Source: Pelomyxa schiedti (lineage: Eukaryota > Protista > Evosea). From it: a stretch of DNA of 54,671 nt. The translations under genes and the position numbers were made by a program. Shown here piece after piece: positions 24,054-37,844 of this stretch (its first letter is position 1; every line of letters begins with the position of its first letter). Under the pieces are notes generated by a model. That model saw only the letters and a program-made list of their open reading frames with translations. It made no database searches and was not told the origin of the DNA. The stretch is from contig JAHLWZ010000731.1 of the NCBI GenBank assembly GCA_020536535.1, positions 1 through 54,671 of the forward strand. The letters are read 5' to 3'.

Positions 24054-25347
24054 TTATTTACTTGTGGTTGGTTGTGAGACGTGGAAACCAACAATTCCAA
24101 GGAGTGTTTGTTTGACAATGAAAGTGCTTGTGGGGTTGGTTGCTGCCTCCATGTATGTCCCATACGTGCATGGAAAGGAGTACCGCCAATTTGATGGGAG
24201 TACACTCTGGAATACGAGCCTATGTATGAGTGAGCGCCTCATCTTTGTTGTTTTCTTTCACACATACAAATATTCTTGGTACATAGTCACAATCTCAACC
24301 CTTGATCTGTTGGCTATTTCTTCTGGCCAATAAGGTAACTCTGAGAACTCTCCCTGACATGTTACCGTGGATTGCGCAAGCTGTCAGCGGTGAGAAAAGT
24401 ACTCACACCAAAATGCGGAAATACACACCACCGGAGCAGTTGTAAAGCCAAAGTAGTAATCAGACTCCCTTGGTGTTGTGTTCATGAACAAAAGAATAAC
24501 AGTTTAAAGACACACCTACTTGCCCATGTGTGAGCGGATTTCAGTCCTGGTCACTGTTGCACCTGGGGGCACTTCAAATCCTTCAAACGGAGTCTCTTGT
24601 TTAAGTCTGAACAGGAGTTGTTATTTGGAAATAGTAAGAGATGTAATGTAATTACCGGTAATTGACAAGCCGTTTCCATCTGCCATCGACAACTCTCATT
24701 TCACTCTCGCTCGTGCGGAAGTAGATCAGATACAGTGCAAAGAGAAAGATGCCCATGACTCCAACAACACTACCGGTTGTCCTGCCACCTTCAATAAAGG
24801 AGGTTGGTTCCTCAACACCCACCGTGAAATCATCGCCGCTGCCTCTCATCTCAGAATTGTCCCAGTGACCTGGTGTCAGTTGTGCGGAACGTGGATGCTT
24901 TCGTTTGTGCAGGTGGGTCACCAATCGATTGTATGCTCCACTGCAGCTAGTTCGGTCTCCCTGTGCGCGTTTTCTCTTTCTTCTGGCGTCGGGTGCTCCC
25001 CCGGGAATTGGAGTTGCAGCGGCGGAACACCGTGATACTCCCTCGCTATCTTCCCTGGCCTCACTGGGCCCACGTGCCAGCACATCAGCATCGGCACATA
25101 CATCAGGGACGTCAAACCCATCGATCCAGTCTGGGCAGTCGCCACCGTCACCCCCGGAAGGCATGGTCCCACAATGATAACTTGTGCCACCCGAGTAATC
25201 CTTGGTGGGTGTGGCATGGCCTGGGCCTGGGCCGGGACAGTCGTACGCAACAACCTCGCAGTCCTCGTTACAACAACAACAACGACGACGTCTGGTGCTG
25301 CTATCACCCATAATGCCGGCTACGGTAAGGTCTTCTTCGTGCAACAT
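24054..25347 (-). CDS. Hypothetical multi-exon protein, Cys-rich N-terminus and one predicted TM helix
   Basis: ORF 24652-25434 with hydrophobic GVMGIFLFALYLIYF, then GT-AG introns leading to exons that end near 24054. Confidence 0.5.
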
Positions 25348-25503
25348 GTACCCTGATAAAAACAAACGTCTTATTCTTACGAAAGAATTGCCGGGTATAA
25401 AACAAACCGTCCGGGGAAAGAGACACCACAACATCGTCCGGGCCAGCCGTCGCCATTGATCAAAGACCTTTTGTTTTCACATAAAACGTGTCACGTGATA
25501 CAA

Positions 25504-27738
25504 TCAAGACGCACACCACAGACGCATCTCCAGGTTGTTGCGTATCTTTGAGGCAATTTCACTCTGGCTGAGTGAGAACCTGGCCATTGACCATGCTGCA
25601 ATGGCAGGCGTGTGTGTGATTACATTCATGCATTTGCTCCTCACTGTTTCAGTGTCGATCGTTGGGAACCTGTTCACCAGGCTCTGCCACATGTAAAGGT
25701 CTGAATTAACGGAAAACCATTTGAGCAAAGCGAGGAGAACCTATGGAGAAAGCAAGGTGAGTTGTGAATGAAATAAAAGAAAGGAGGAAACCTCATTCAG
25801 CTGGATATCAAAAGTGTCAATCAGCCACAGCAAACAGTGGGTCTTGTTCCAATACATACTGCACTCAACCAGTCGAGTATACAGTGCATCGGTCTTGATT
25901 CGTTCCAGTCCGACATACGTGACAATCCACTTGATGATCTTGCTGGATGAAACTGTCAAAGTATTGGAAATGCAGTGCACAACGTCGTCCACTGAGGGCG
26001 GTGCTTTGGACTGCAATATCATCACATCTTTGAGGGTTCCATGGTTTAGAGTAACACAAAGGATATACTGGAGTAACTCTGAGTTGCTTCGAAGAGAAAT
26101 GTGTAAGGCATCAAGAATGAGGAACATTGCGTCCCGATTCGAGAAGCCACTACTAATCCATCCCTTTCTGATGATGCTTTCAGCTGATTCTGGTGGTGTT
26201 TGAGGGATATCAATGTGCTGAAGGAACCATTTCAAGCCGTCAGGAGTCCGTCCTATTGGCCCGGCGAAAAGGGAGTATGGAGCGCCGGGTGTGGAATTCG
26301 CCACATTCATCACTTCAAACGTGCTGACAATCCAATCTGCAATCTCAGTATTGGAACGCTTCAGAGCCTGGCAAAGAGCCATGTACAAATCGGTTGGTGA
26401 AAGTGTCACTCTCTGTGACAACCACTTGACAAGTTCCAGGTTTTCTTTCTTGGAATCACATGCAACTCTGAATGTGATATCCCTTGGTTTGACAGATAAG
26501 TCAGTGACCACCCACTTCACAAGTTCCAGGTCACCAGTCTTCACACACATGTTGTCAAGCCAGGTCACTGTTGGGAAAACACCAATTGCCCACTTCAGTG
26601 TTGCTGTATTCTTTACACTCAAGTAAGAAAGAACGTGCTTAAAGAAGGTTCCAAGAACGTCCAAGTGCCTCTTGCACCATTCACAGAGCTCAACTGTGGA
26701 GTATTTATTGCCAACAAGTACTCCAAACACAAATTCCCTACTCTCTGCCAGCGGAAACGAGAAACTCTCAATCCACCATTTGAGAAGCATCGGGCACTTC
26801 CCTTCAGCCAGATGCTGAGCCATCCCAAGCCACTTCTCACGTGGATCATTGAACACCTTTGACAGGTTGAATGTGGTGACCATCCACTGCACAAGTGGTG
26901 CATTCCCAGCGTCAATTGCCCCAAAAACGATGTTCACAAACTCCCATGGCTCCCTCATGCCCAACCAATCAAAAGCCCACCTCACAGACTCAACTGGTGT
27001 TCCAACGCAACTGCACAGCAGTGACTTCAACTTGGAGCTTCCCTTTATCCTCTCCCTCATGTCCACGTCTTTCTGTGAACCTGGTGATCCTGGCCACCTC
27101 ACTCCCAAGCATTGACACACCGCAGGGTCACAACCAACCAGCCTCGCAGCCAAGTGAACATGCCCACCACGCACAAGACCAACAAGTGCATTCAGGCACA
27201 CCTTCTCGTTCCTGTTTTAACACAAGGATGTTCAGTTCATTTTGTGAGAGGCACAACAGGGTGCGAGCGTTACCTTCCTTCTTTAACTTGTGCTGAAGAA
27301 GTAATATCTGTGTCCACACACTCATGTGTTGTTATCCACTTCACACAAGAAATTGCACCAGACTGGGCTGCACATCTGAGCCCGAAATATCTCGACTTGT
27401 TCATGGAACGTACCAACGAGCACACACGAGGAACCAGTGGAAACAATCCTCCACCGAGACTGTACAGTGTAACCTGCAACAAAAAAATGATGTTGAATAG
27501 CAACAACAGCACAGTGAATCAATCCACTGCAATATACACTTCCCCAGGACTAACAACACAAAAATTAAGTGTTTTCACGGTGTCATCGTAAACGAACCGC
27601 GTTTGTTTCGTCATCGACCGGGGAGTGACGTCCTTTTGGCTTGGTGGTGACGGTGAGCCACCCCGGCAGCACCACCCACTCCCACACCAACTTGGACACA
27701 CCCACAACGCGCAGTGTCTCCGGCGACGCATCACCCAT
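25504..27738 (-). CDS. Ankyrin-like helical-repeat family protein (intact paralog of 14179-16427)
   Basis: Same exon series (VSKLVWEWVVLPGW; VTLYSLGGGLFPLV; CLNALVGLV...); 486-aa central ORF without the stop. Confidence 0.8.
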
Positions 27739-27792
27739 TCTTCAAGAAGTTAGTTATGGGAATTTTGTTATTTTTTGCATGGTTTCGTGTCG

Positions 27793-29610
27793 ATGTCGTT
27801 GACAACGGCACAAGCACACAGCGGTGATGGAGTCTACGGCCCACCGGTGTCCGCGCCTGGTGGAGATGTTGGTTTTGGTTGTGTGTTTGATGAACCCGAA
27901 CAACAACTGGGAGAGCCTGAGACTGGGAAGGGGACCAGGAACGATGAGGGCGTAACTCCCATTATTGCCGCTACTACTACTAATTATGATTCGGCACATT
28001 CGGCTGTTGCTGATAATGTTGGTAACACTGAGAGGAGTACAACTGGGATTGTGGGACCGGGACTCGGGGAGATGATGAGGGCTAGGGAGCCATGGAAGGA
28101 TTGGACAGCTGATCCAGTATATATGTTTGAGCGGTGGCACCCATTATTGCGAGACCTGGCTTTGGGCCCTTCTTATATTCTTACCCTGAGTGCGTAAGTT
28201 TAATCATGCAGTTCTACGGTTTTCTAACTTTTTTCCTTTTTTAGAGGATGCCGAATTGAAGGAGATTGCAGCAAAGAGCGTTTGCTTTTCCATGAGTGAC
28301 TCCACTTCGGTACGTGAACTACCGTTATACAAGAATAGTACTGGAGAGTCTGTTGAGTACTAATTCACTTCCCGGGTATTAGTTGCGGGATTTAATATCT
28401 AGCAGTCAAGTGTTGAGTGACCTGGAGGCCCGAATTGATTCTGTCTTATCCCCGCTCCATTATGGCTTTGTTAAACTCTCTACCCGGAGTCCTGTGCGTA
28501 ATTATCCCCCTCGAAAAAAGAAGAGTATGCTGAAGCTCATCTTCAAGAAAGATGCTGTTCTTTTTGACTTTGAGAGGATTTCATCTTTGTTGGAACTTGA
28601 AATCCAACAACGGTACCAAGAGAAACCCTTTACAGACGAGGTTTCCAGATAAAGCATCCCAACTCAGTTTCCTTAAATATTTCAGGATTCTCTGGAAGAA
28701 ATTTCTGAAGACAACTGGATTATTTTCTTCAGGTTTTCATCCCCAAATAACTATATATTCCGTGAGAAAATATGGTAGGGCTGTGTGTAAAGCTGTTCGG
28801 GTGGAAAAGGCTTGCGAAGCACTCAGTATGATATTAAGCAGCAGAAGGTGTTTCCATGATGCTTCGTGGTCTTTATTCCGCCAAATCCCTTTACATCTAA
28901 GTAAACATACTTATTCTAACTGTTCTCTAATATCATTTCTTTGTAGTTATTAGTGCCTGGGAGGATTCTATTTTACCGGAATGGGAGTTCAGAGCCTTTG
29001 TTTTTCACAATCGTCTCACATCATGCACGCAATACACTGACGTACGCATACTCTAAGACCGAAATACAACTTATGGCGTAACAGACGGTATTCATTGCTC
29101 GTATTTCTTCAATCAAAGAACAAATCCGAACTGATATCTTCACGTTTTGGAGCTCCAAGGTTAAACCCAGACTAGAAGGCATCTTCCCAGGCAATACATA
29201 CACAATAGACTTTGCGTACATTCCAGAATCTCGCCAGATACTGATAAGTACCTCCCCTCATCGCGGTAATGCTGTTAACTGTGCATCTACTCTAGTTGAG
29301 ATAAATGACCCTCCACCGATTGCTAATTCCTCTCTTTATAACTGGGAAGACCCACATGACAGAGCAATCATTGGTACAACAACCTGAACCCTCATCAAGT
29401 TTAAGTGCAATCATCAGAATCCGGAACTGAGTTTGACTTCCGAGTACTTTCCTCCTCACCCATGAACCCAAAATCAAGCAGAGAAGGTTTGTCTTCCACA
29501 GATTGTTCACCCATCTCAACATTGTTACAGCTATCCCACAGCCTCTGTGGAGTTACATTATGCGGAGCAAGGAAAAATACCTACGCTCTTTGAAGCGGAA
29601 GAAGCTTTAG
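27793..29610 (+). CDS. CDC123/D123-like ATP-grasp protein
   Basis: Motifs GFVKLSTRSP|KDA, ILSSRR, EWEFRAFV, YTIDF, VEINDP and SSLYNW across short introns. Confidence 0.8.
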
Positions 29611-29688
29611 GGGCTTAAGAAACTACTCCCTTTACACTTGTAATAAACACAATAGATAGGGTGTTCTCTTTTGTTGTAGTCCTTTTAT

Positions 29689-30592
29689 TTACAAAATGTT
29701 GCAGCATTTGTTCATAGCGGAGGCATTGTTCACGAATACCCGGGATTGCCAACTCAAGTCATCACTTTTTTCTACCAATCTTTGTAAGGGAATTAGCACG
29801 GAAAAAAAAAGGAGGAAGGGAAAGAACCTCGCCAGTGACTCATCCCTCTCCAGAAGCTGATCGATGTTTTTAATCATCACATTCTTTGTCTCCTCCAAGT
29901 CCATCTCAACTTTGGAGATAGGGTCCGCTTTTACAGGGTCTTCGTACCTGGGTTTGCTTGGTAAGTGAAAGTAGCTATATTTAGATAAGGATTGAGTGCT
30001 ACCGGGCCAACAATTCAGGGAGTGCCGGGAAAGGAAGTTCCATATCGTGTGTAGCAGTCATTGCCGTAGTTGAGTGCAGGCGCCTGAATTCATCCAATAC
30101 GTGCCCAAGCAAAGTAAAGGCTACTCTGGATTGGTACTCACCATCAGTTACTACTGTAACAGAAATCTATTTTTTTATACAAAAAAAAAGGTAAGGAAAT
30201 GGAAAAATGGATGTTGAAAAGATTCTATACCTTGTCGATGTGCGTGTAAACGTGACAGAGGTATGACCCATCATTTAGCTTTACAATTTCACGCTGACCG
30301 GGGCCAGCTCGGCTCGCAACCTCTCGGCATCCAAACCTAGTAATGTTATGAGACTGAAATTTAATAAGTGAGCGAGTGGAGATCCGCCGCGATTGAGCTT
30401 GTTGTTGTTTTTTTTGTGTGTGTGTTGTACTGACGTGCAGATCTCTTTCACTGAGCCTCGCTCGAAATAACCAAAAGATGCCAACTGAAATGCAGAGGCG
30501 AGCAAAATGGCTGTGCCCCCGCCGCCGGGCCCACCTGCCGCCGTCGGTGTTGATCCCAGCTGTCTAAACACTAGCACACCAATCAACTTCAT
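29689..30592 (-). CDS. YKT6: R-SNARE Ykt6 (longin + SNARE, CCAAX tail)
   Basis: MKLIGVLV...FQLASFGYFERGSVKE; DPISKVEMDLEETKNVMIKNIDQLLERDESL..LVEKSDDLS.QS..F; ends NKCCNIL. Confidence 0.93.
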
Positions 30593-30981
30593 CTCTCCCA
30601 CAGATGTAATGTAATACACCAACTACCGCCCTCAAAAAAGGCACCAAATCCCTAGCCTCGTGGGTTTTTTTTTTGTTCTGAAAAGTGGGGCTAGTCACCG
30701 CACTATCTGTGGCTTCCTTTCTCCGCACACCCGGTGATCCGGGTTTCTTTGTGGAAGCCCCCCAGTCATCTGGAATACCAGAGTTTCGGGTCCCGCATGT
30801 TACTCTTGAGTCCAAGCTGTTGAGCCACAGTCAGCGGAGAAGAAGTCCTCCAGCCCAACTGAATCACGATTTGTGAATCCCTTTTCACTGAATGCTCGTT
30901 CGGCGGTTCTGCAACCTGCCGCTGTGAAAACAGAACAAAGAAAAAAGAAACAGTGCCACCTAGTGTGGTTAGAAATAAGAG

Positions 30982-31940
30982 ATGCAAGCGCTAAAATGCG
31001 TAGTCGTTGGTGCGTTCTGTTCCTTTTTCCCACAATGATGAAAACGTGCCGCAAGGTAACTAAAATACTCATTTAATGATAGGGGATGGAGCTGTTGGTA
31101 AAACGTGTGTTCTTATTTGATTTTGTGTTTTTGGTAATTTGGCTTTATGGAAAAGCTGTATGCTGATAAGCTACACAACGAACGCGTTTCCGTCAGGTGA
31201 GACACTTTTTTTTTTTCTTTCTCCCACTTCAAACTTAATAAACTTACTTGTCCATACATCTAAAACAGAATACATTCCAACGGTGAGTTGTTTTCACTGA
31301 AGGCACATAATAACGGAGTGAATAAAGGTTTTTGATAACTACAGCGCCAATGTGATGGCTGCAGGGTATCCCGTCAACTTAGGATTATGGGTGTGGTTTG
31401 CAGTTCCAATAAGTGATTATTCCCTAAAACTTCACCACAGGATACTGCTGGACAAGAGGACTATGATAGACTCAGGCCATTATCGTAAGTGAACTTGTCT
31501 GTCTGGAGCTTGGGTAAAATTACCAACTAGGTACCCACAGACAGATGTCTTCCTTGTTGTATACAGCATTGTCAGTGCTCCTTCGTTTTGTAATCTTGAA
31601 AAATGGATTGCGGAGGTTAGGCACCACTGCCCTAAGGCACATCTCGTTATTGCAGGCAACAAATGTGATTTGGACGATAAGAGAAAAGTGAAAAACCCCT
31701 ATATAACTCCTGGGCTAATATTGCGCAGGTCTCCTATGCTCAAGGAGAGGCCTATGCTCGCAACATGGGTGCTCCCTTTTTTGAATGTAGCGCTCTCACT
31801 CAAAGGAACTTGAAAGATGTCTTTGACACGATCATCAGTGAGCACTGTCGCCACGCTTTAGTTTCGTCTTACATTAACAGAGTTGGGGCTGGGATTGATG
31901 GGCCCGAGTAGGAAACAACAAAAAAGCAGACCCTGTTGCA
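30982..31940 (+). CDS. RAC: Rac/Rho-family GTPase domain (no stop; appears to continue into WD40 exons)
   Basis: [77 protein letters not shown]. Confidence 0.92.
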
Positions 31941-34900
31941 TGTGTCTTGCTCTTTCTTCCGAGAATGAAAAGCCCACTGGACAGCACCATGACGCTGTAT
32001 TTTATCCAGGCCCAAAATATCAGCTACTTATGATTCTGATAGATATGGTGCATTGAAGTTGATCCTCCGTACTTGTACAGTGGTGGGAGAGATTCTGATA
32101 TTTTCGTTTGGAATATTCAATCCGGCCATTTGGCGGCAAGATTAATCGGTCATACAGGGCAAGTTTACCAAATAGTACGCTCTACATTCATTTTCGTCTG
32201 GACTTACTCGACAAGATTTCCAAGGACTCGGTACTTTTTTCCTGCTCCTCCGATTCATCTGTACGTATTTGGAAGAACTTGAGTAACCACCCTTCCATTG
32301 TGATATCATAAACAACTAACCTCACCTATTAAGGCTTTTACACGGCCCTATCCCACAGAGAGAGTGTCAATAGCATACAGCTGGTCGACGACTATCTCTT
32401 CAGCGCTTCTAACGATCGCTACATAATTCAGTGGTCCGCCACAAAATATATCCAGGAAAAGCAATATGTCGGGAGTGTATCCGGAATTAACACTCTTCAA
32501 GTGGTATGACGTATGACAAAACTTTATTACTTTATCGGACATTTCGCAAGGTAAATGATTTCATTTGGGGTGGGTGTGCTGATGGGAGAGTACGAGTTTG
32601 GAGAGTTGGATATCCGGAGATGTACACATGCTTTGAAGGCCATACAGCTTCAGTCAACTGTAATACTTTTTTTCATCTTTATTCCATTCCTCATGTCTTC
32701 CAAAGATATGCATCAATGCCGCAGCGGAACTGTTGTCATAGTTTCTGCTGACGCCTCTGGAGGCCTTCGTGTATGGGATGCGTATGTACGACTACCTACA
32801 AGAACCTCACTTATAGTTGCTGCAGCCACGACCCTTCCCCTCTCTTCACGTTGAAACCTCATAATGATGCTATCAACTACATGTGTGTATCTGGCAGCAC
32901 AATGTTCACTGCTTCACGTGATAAGACATCGAGGGCATACAAGCCACATGCTGGTCTTCTGATGCGTGTCTATCAAGGCAGCACTAGTACTCTGCGATCG
33001 TGTGGTGCTTGTCAAGGCTACTTAGTCACGTAGTCTATCGCCAATCTGTTCTATTGGTGTTTGACTGTCTTTTTTTAGGGGTGGAAAGGATACTACTATT
33101 CGTTGTTATGAACCTAGTGGGACCATTTTGTGGGAAAGAGACGGCCACACGGATTGTAGGTTATAAAAGAGGAAATGGGAAGAATCCTGACTCTCATGAG
33201 GTAGATATCAACCGAATCGTGGTAACAAAGGATTCAGCATATACCGCAGCAAGGGACTGCACTATCCGACGATGGGGCTTAAAAGATGGCAAATTACTGC
33301 GAGTGAGTTTACGTGAAATCTGTAATAGACACTGAAATGGAAAAAAAGGTTTATGCCAATAGCCGACGGCGAATCATGAATGAGTGGTCTATTCCTTTTG
33401 AAGTTATTGTGGGTCTTGTAATGATTTTGGTGGAGTGGGCGCAATTGAGTGCATTTGCTTTCAGTTCTGGGATTCCCTGGTGGAACAAAAACCCGCTGTT
33501 GAAGATTGCTTCTTCCCTGCAACTAAACTTTTTATCTATTGATGGGATGCAAGCATTCCTGGCATTGTGCGTATTAACAGCTTTGTGTGGCACGCTAAAT
33601 CTTTCTTAGATACATTATTTCCGCAGTGGGAATTGTTTTATTTCAACTGGCATTTGCGTAAGACAGTGTTCAAGTTGCTTGACACTCATTTTTCTCAGTT
33701 ATAGCTATAAAATTCAATCTAGTGAAGATTATTCGTGTAAACGAAATCTTTGGTACCCATCATGCTTCATCTGTTGGCTGTATGTACTTTTCTCTTTTAA
33801 TTGAGTGATTAATCTGAAAGACAGAATGTCAACTGTTTGCTTTATTCCCGCAGTAAGAAATCTCTTTCAGGTAGGGCACAAAAGAAGATTTTTTTCCAAT
33901 AATAGGCGACAGGTTTTCCCTTGCTACGGAGACCATGTTGAAGGTAGCGATATTGGTTGCTGGTCAGCTTCACAGATTGTCATGATGATTGTAGCACTTC
34001 CCATTGTAGCTGGTTATGTGCCACTCAGCTTAAGGATGGTTGGCGTTGACGGAAGCTTGTCACGGGTCTCCGTTTTCTTTTGGAAGTACGAGAAGTGGTC
34101 CTTGGATAAACCAGATTTGAGGAACGTACACTCACTCTCCAGACGGAGTTTGCGCTCTAATGGGAGCTTTCTCATCATCAATTTCCTTACGACACTCGCT
34201 TCTGTATTTCTTGCTGCCGGTTTCTTTTGCTCTATCCCACTCACGGGAATTTATTTATTGTTAGATGCAACCCCAGCGGGCAGTTCAACTTCTGATACGG
34301 GCAGCTCTGGCGATTTGAGCAAGAAAGATAAATCCTTACTTTTTGCACTTGTTGCAGTGCTAATATCTTCTGCCATGGCAATATCTTTTTCTGTGCTGAA
34401 AGTAGGAATCCCTACCAGTTTTTTCAATTGTTGATTCTGTATAGGACCCTCCCTATCATAACCGCCGCACGAATTCCTTTCGTCATGCCCTACTTCTTAC
34501 TGTTGTTTGGACAAGTATATTTCCGTGTCTGGGTGTGACGCAATTCCAGTAACTTTCATGCAGATATCATGGCTTTGGTTACCCTGATTATCAATGACTC
34601 CTCAAGTCCCCTTACTACTATTATCCACGTTATTGGGTTCCCCATTGCTTTATTTTTTGGTGTTGCTATGATGAGACTGAGGTGGTACCTGATGCATCTG
34701 GCGTTGAAAAAAAAGTATGATTCGGTTTTCGATCCCTAGTCCTTCTAATTCCATCCAGGAGTGCTTTCCTGTATAACTCTATTGGAATGGAATCCCGTTC
34801 CTGCCGTCTTCTTCCTGGGCATCCCAAGGAACTTGATGATGAAAAATTCGGAGCTCCGGCATCTGGAATTGGACTGGTTCATTGTGACGCCTGCGGAACC

Positions 34901-35467
34901 AAGGTTGAGAGCTCCATACCCCGAAATCTTTCTAATTCTAGAACTAGGTTCCACGAGGATGGTGGGACCAGCACATAACATCACTCAAACATCAAGCAAA
35001 CCAGAAGGAACGGGATGCCGCAACAGCCCAAGCAGCCGCCGATATGCAAGGCACAACCAAAATCGCAGTTGCAAAAGCTGAAATTCAGAAAATCAAGAAG
35101 AAACTTGGCCATGGCCATCACAAAAAGGGGGACTCGGAAACACCCAAAGATACAAGTAACCCCCTTCGCTCTGCTCCGATTTTCTCCCTAACATATGTAT
35201 TAAATATATCCTCCTGCAGTGCAAGAATCAGAAGGACAACTACAGACCCAAGTGGACCAGTGGCTCAGTGACCTGGAGCAAACCCTTTCAACCTGGGGAC
35301 ATTCCGTGTCAGATAACAATTCCACACTTGCCGGATTCAGCATGCAACCACACACCCTGGATTGGCCCAATGACATACTAACTAGTACTAGTGATGACAG
35401 CGCCACCAGGACACCTGAGGCCATAAACCAACTTCTTGGAACATTACCTGGCAACAGTATCCTCTAA
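31941..35467 (+). CDS. WD40-repeat + multi-pass membrane domain + low-complexity tail
   Basis: WD units (YSGGRDSDIFVWN, GHTGQV, CSSDSSVRIWK, GCADGRVRVWR, TAARDCTIRRWG), then several hydrophobic helices from about 33380 to 34680. Confidence 0.75.
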
Positions 35468-35559
35468 CAATCTCCACAGTAATAAGTTAATAACTTTTTG
35501 TTGTATCACGTGAAGTGCCACTTAGGAGAAATCAGAATTTTTCGGTGTTTGAAAATCAA

Positions 35560-36636
35560 ATGAAAGTGTTTATTGGAAGTGTGTCACCCAACAACAATGG
35601 TGTGGTACAACAACCAGTTGTGAATGTAATGCTGAGTGGACAACATGTTTCTGGTAGCACTTGAATCCTCGAATTCGGTTTTTGTTTTTTTTTAATTACT
35701 GCAGGAGCATTGGCTATTCAGAACCAATATGTGTATGGCAGAGTTGAGGCTCACAATTTGTGGGGCTACGGGTTCAATAGGTTATAGTGTTGCCGGTTAC
35801 TTGCTAGCTTATGTGATTTTCTACCAAGGTGCGGGATTCATGTCCAAAATGGTGGAAGTGGCTGGGAAATCTACCAAGGTTAACTTATGGCTTTCAAATG
35901 GTTTATTTCTTTGATAAAAAGACCGGCAGAGTGAGAGCCTTAATGTTAATGTAACAAACCATTTCCTAATACCGCTTTCAACAGGCCAAGAACGGTATGG
36001 CTTGAGGCCTATGTTGCGGCATACCCATGGTGCTTTTATCATTTTTAGTGTTTTTGATCGCCCTTCATTTGAACTGGCTGAGCGTGCCCTTACAATAGTA
36101 TTTTCTTTTCTTGTTTACTCCTTTTCGAATTGATTCCAGCTAGATCAGAAGGGATTCTCCTCATCCGATTGTAACTGTTCTGATTGGACACCGGTTCACT
36201 ACTGTCACATCCACTCCTCCAATAAGGGAGATCACTGATGAGGAACCACTTCTCTTGGCCAAGAGTTATGACATTGATTACATGGAGGTGGATGCTATAA
36301 CCGGAATCGGAATTGACAAAATGTTTACAAAAATGTTGTCTACAATTCTAGTTGACTGGAAAGAACTCATTGTGCAACTCAAGTTGACGCTACTCTGTGG
36401 AACCCACAAACGAGCAGGTACATCCTAAAATGTCTAATGCTTTTTCATTCATTCAATCAGGGAGGGGAAGTCCAATGAACAGTGTGCCACAGCCACTGTT
36501 GAAGGAACTCATATCTTCAATACCATGGCAACAACTCATCACCGATAACAGACTACACAAGTGGATACAAAACTTCAAGCCAAAACAACAACAAAATCCT
36601 CCTCCACAACAAACTGGTGGTTGCCTTGTGTGCTGA
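35560..36636 (+). CDS. Degenerate Rab-like GTPase with C-terminal box module and Cys tail (GGCLVC)
   Basis: GQERY, IFSVFDRPSFE, LAKSYDIDYMEVDA; P-loop region GQHVSGAL lacks Lys. Confidence 0.75.
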
Positions 36637-36692
36637 AAACCGGCCATCAACTTTTTTGTTCTGTGAATTTTGATAATGGGTGCTGAGAGAAA

Positions 36693-37844
36693 ATGTCACA
36701 AAGCAGTGAACCATCACCATCAAATAGAACAGTTACTACACACGTCAATTTATTAATTACTGGTCACACCTCAGTAGGTTGGGTTTTTTTTATCGTTATT
36801 ACTTTGTGGGGTCCTAATTGGCAGAATAATTAATTCCGCATGTATTCACGGGTTAAATAGGTTCAACGGCAATACAGAACCAATATGTTTTCGGAAAACC
36901 CAATTTGTCACAATTACGAACACTGCCAGCTGGTTTGTTCCCTGTTTGTTGTGGAGCGGCTTGTAATTTGAGGCTAGGTTTTTCTGAATTGGGATTATTA
37001 TCTAAAATTGTAGAAGTAAATGGGCGGAAAATCAAGGTGAACTTATGGCCCACACGTGGTAGTTTTAGCAATAGAACACTGTTAGTTATCCTAACTTAGT
37101 ATTAATAAGTTGTTCATTAATGTTCACACTCATGGTTGAGGCCAATCATTCATTTTTATGACAGGACAAGAACGGTTTGGAATGGGAAATATTTTGCGGC
37201 ATACACATGGTGTGTTTGCGATTTTCAGTGTTTTCGATCATCCTTCATTTGAACTGGCTGAGCGGGCCCTTGCTCATGTATAGTGTTCTTCCACCCTGTT
37301 ACCATTACTGTACTTGTAATAATCTTACCTGTAATGACCTCTGAACGACTACAGATAAATTCCTACCCTTCTCCGCCTCCTGTTATTCTGATTGGGCACA
37401 TATTCTCAGATACGGTGCCCAAAAAAGTCCAACACTGTAGGCAAGTCACTGTGGATGAAGCCAGTACCTTGGCAAAACGTTTCGACATTGATTACATGGA
37501 GGTGGAAGCCATGACAGGAACAGGGATTGAGGAAATGTTCACACAAATGTTCTCTGCAATCTTGGTCGATTGGACAGAGCTCACAGTGCAATTAAAGTTG
37601 GCATTACTTTGTGGACTCCACAGCAGAACAGGTATGAACCATTGAATGACTTGACTGAATGTGGGCAGGACAAGCAAGTACAATGAGGGTTTTACCACAA
37701 CCACTGATGAAGGACCTCATTTCCGCTATCCCGTGGCACCTCCTTGTCATTGATCACAGTCTAAAACAATGGAGGTGCAGTTACAAGAAAAGAGCGCCAG
37801 TCTTACAGCAACCCACTTGGGTTGATGGTTGTTTGTTGTGCTGA
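36693..37844 (+). CDS. Degenerate Rab-like GTPase, paralog of the previous gene (tail GCLLC)
   Basis: GHTSVGST, KIVEVNGRKIKVNLW, GQERF, LAKRFDIDYMEVEA, LKLALLCGLHSRTG. Confidence 0.78.
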
